A DNA stretch of 64,000 bases, from the NCBI GenBank assembly GCA_964199315.1, contig OZ116704.1:29078001-29142000 (forward strand). The letters run 5' to 3'. This DNA is from Orbicella franksi (lineage: Eukaryota). The position numbers were made by a program, and so were the translations under genes. The notes beneath the pieces are model-generated. The model was not told the origin of the DNA and made no database searches. It worked only from the letters and a program-made list of their open reading frames with translations. Shown piece after piece: positions 61,801-64,000 of this stretch; position 1 is the first letter of the stretch, and each line of letters begins with the position of its first letter.

Positions 61801-62748
61801 GTGGCATATAGGGAGTGGGGGTTACCCTAAAAAATCCCCTATCAGCCTAACTAGCTCCCTGTTTAGTCTAGATTGCACTATGGTTAGCATAACTTAGCTT
61901 GTGGCTAGCCGATTTATTGGGGTTAGGGATCCTTGATTTGCATGTCTCACATGGCTCCCATAGTAAGAACACTCATTTGTCATTGTTGACCTTTCTGTGT
62001 TTAGCAAGCATGGTGCCATCAGGTCCAAATGAGGTGGAGGTGTTGTACAACTTTCCATCACTTTTTCTCTCGGGAATGGACCCTCCAATGATGTAACATT
62101 CGGTCTCTTTTGCAACAGATGACAGCATGTTTGTTGATTCCCCTGGGATATTCTCTGCATAGTCAGCAAAATATTGAGTGCCATAGGGTGAGTTGAAACA
62201 TTCCTAGTAAGGTAAAAATTATTTGATTTGCACTCAAAAACAAAATTATGTAAGTTAGTGAATTTTCATAATTTTTTACCAATAGAGAGCACTTTCCAGG
62301 TAGGTGTGGATAGGTCTATCTGTGTGGGAGGGGGTGGGGAGGGGACTACAGGGGATGAGGGGGGGGGGGAGAGGGAAAGGTGCATCAAATTACAACGTCA
62401 ACAGTTTGAACTTGGCAGACAACCTAGCGTTATTTCTCACAAAGTTGTTATAGATCTGCCATGTAACTAGAACACGAAATTTCGATGCGAAATAGAATCT
62501 CTCTAAAGTGAAAGCAAAACCTACCGGAAGCGCGATAATTTTCGCTCCATTCGACGCCGCTTCTTTGATCTTGTCTTTCGCACGCAACAAATTCTGAGCC
62601 TTGTTTGAAGTTACAGCAAGCTGAACAAGCGCAATACGAAATTCTAAAATCAGAAAATAAAAGAAAGATGGGAACCTTACAATTTTTTACGCCGTGCAAA
62701 GAAAATCACAAGAAACTGCAAATAACCTTGCTTACTGGAAGCCGCCAT
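58879..62748 (-). CDS. NIT2: Omega-amidase NIT2 (nitrilase superfamily), 278 aa
   Basis: 10 phase-consistent exons: 62748-62736, 62643-62525, 62203-61991, 61457-61364, 60904-60830, 60674-60596, 60386-60371, 60259-60177, 59325-59270, 58967-58879. Catalytic triad intact ([30 protein letters not shown]), plus [15 protein letters not shown] and WGHST. Confidence 0.96.
59000..59210 (+). mobile_element. tRNA-derived SINE, family A, in the last NIT2 intron
   Basis: tRNA-like head (GGCCTCATAGTTAGTGCACTC...) followed by TTCTTGGCAAGACACTTTACTCTCACAGTG...GGGGTAACCCTGTGATGG, matching the copies at 17175 and 26627. Confidence 0.75.
61513..61605. repeat. 93-bp near-perfect inverted repeat in NIT2 intron 3
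   Basis: 41-bp arms with 2 mismatches around an 11-nt spacer. Confidence 0.95.
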
Positions 62749-62888
62749 GTTTCTTTGTCCCATGACCATATGTGGCGTGTGCTCACGTGACTAAATGGTT
62801 TGTGGGCGCGCGAAATTCGTGTTCGGCAAGATGGCGGTACTTGCGACCATGTGAGAACACGAACACTTTTGATCTTTTTCTGGCAACG
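62749..62888. promoter_or_regulatory. Compact bidirectional promoter shared by NIT2 and CHEK1
   Basis: Only 140 bp separate the divergent ATGs. Contains TCACGTGAC (E-box, 62783-62791), GGCGCGCGAAA (E2F-like, 62805-62815) and CAAGATGGCGG (YY1-like, 62827-62837). Confidence 0.75.
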
Positions 62889-63350
62889 ATGACTGCGTTT
62901 GTAGAGGGATGGGACTTTTTAGAGACCCTTGGTGAAGGTGCTTATGGCGAGTAAGTGTTTCCTGTCTTGACGCTGTTGGGATTGTGATCAAATGCAAGCT
63001 TTTGGTTATGAATGACTGGACGAGTTCGATTTCGTTTTCCAAATATTTCTAGAGTGAAGCTAGCAGTGAACAGAGAAACGCAACAGGCGATTGCTGTAAA
63101 GATCATCGACCTAGAGAAAGCTGCTGATTGTTATGACAACGTCAGAAAGGAGGTTAGTGGCGTGAAGGTCGCTTGTGAAAGATGGATCAAACTGTACATT
63201 TCTTAACGAGCCCCTTTTGTTTACAGATTTGCATTCATCGAATGCTTCAAGATGTCCACGTTATTCGATTTTATGGACAGAGAACTGAAGGAAAGAAACA
63301 GTATCTGTTTCTAGAGTGCGCTGCTGGTGGAGAATTGTTTGATAGAATAG
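62889..63350 (+). CDS. CHEK1: Serine/threonine kinase Chk1, first three exons (gene continues beyond the window)
   Basis: Exons 62889-62950, 63053-63152 and 63227-63350 give [40 protein letters not shown]...VRKEICIHRML...[17 protein letters not shown]. Confidence 0.93.
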
Positions 63351-64000
63351 GTATTTAAATGTATTCATACCTTTGATTTTGAGTCGTTCAAATTCTCACC
63401 CTCCCCTCTCCCAAATTGCTGTTACATGAGACCCGTTGAAGGGAAGGGTTGGGTTGGAGGGATGAAGGAGGCGGGGGAGGGGGGGGGGGGGGAATGGGCA
63501 TAACTGCATGAAATAGTGAATAATGGAAGTGTTTGATTGTTATTTGCAGTCCACGATCCACTGTGCCAATTTTGACCTGCCCTGTTCCTAGTCCCAAGGA
63601 CAGGTTCTGGTAAGACGGAACACAGAATGTCTGGATTACCAAACCCAGTGTTGCAAACCTCTTGACCACATAATTTCCATAAATAATAAATCAGGGGTTT
63701 CATTTAGGTGGGGGAGTGGGGGGGCTCTGGGCAAATTGCCCGGCTGTGAGGATGATTTTGCCTGCCTGGTTTGACCATCTAGAGGAAAGTTTTTCTTATA
63801 AAGAAGTTCAGTTTAAAACATTTGCCTGACTGTGAAAACCTGTTGCTGAAAACCTTAATGAAACTCCTGATAGTTTGTGTTCCCTCAACACTGCATCAAA
63901 CATGGGTCACTATAAAATATGCCTCTAAAACAACATATACCATTGTTATTGTCTCGTATGCTATGGTATCTCCTTCAACTAGCTGGGACATTCAAATGTG

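Noticed and set aside
61610-61900. Repeated GGTTAGCCTAA motifs resembling a telomeric variant
   Set aside because: The copies are scattered and irregular rather than a tandem array, which fits a decayed interspersed repeat.
63318-63326. Chk1 hinge reading LEC instead of the usual LEY
   Set aside because: A single-nucleotide difference that could be a polymorphism or an error. It cannot be interpreted without orthologues or reads.
55258-63350. DRAM-like gene near CHEK1 as a DNA-damage module
   Set aside because: The link rests on gene names only. DRAM/TMEM150 paralogues have varied roles and NIT2 lies between the two genes.
1-64000. CRISPR arrays, operons or prokaryotic defence systems
   Set aside because: The window is spliceosomal-intron-containing animal DNA with no regularly spaced repeat-spacer array.

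Overview
Eukaryotic, AT-rich, intron-rich animal DNA. The gene set and repeat families suggest an anthozoan cnidarian such as a stony coral, but this is inference only. I assembled the multi-exon genes by hand from GT-AG boundaries and codon phase. In order they are: an M13 (neprilysin/ECE-like) metallopeptidase (-, 17 coding exons, one apparent 1-bp frameshift), a PA14-domain B4GALNT3/4-like glycosyltransferase (+) with degenerate catalytic motifs, a LIV-1-type ZIP transporter (-) with altered metal-site residues, a transcription factor (-) combining SNAG, an HNF1-type POU-specific domain and five zinc fingers, a STELLO/DUF288-like protein (+), an MGAT4-like GlcNAc transferase (-), a DRAM/TMEM150-family protein (+), and NIT2 (-) head-to-head with the first three exons of CHEK1 (+). 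Also present are tRNA-Asp(GTC), tRNA-Thr(CGT), a Penelope-like retroelement with a variant hammerhead-like motif, nested SINE/MITE/LINE insertions, two long intronic hairpins and a 159-N assembly gap. The most unusual item is the SNAG + homeodomain-less HNF1 POU-specific domain + C2H2 protein, whose POU-specific exon matches the size and phases I recall for HNF1A exon 2. No searches were run, so family calls rest on motif recognition.
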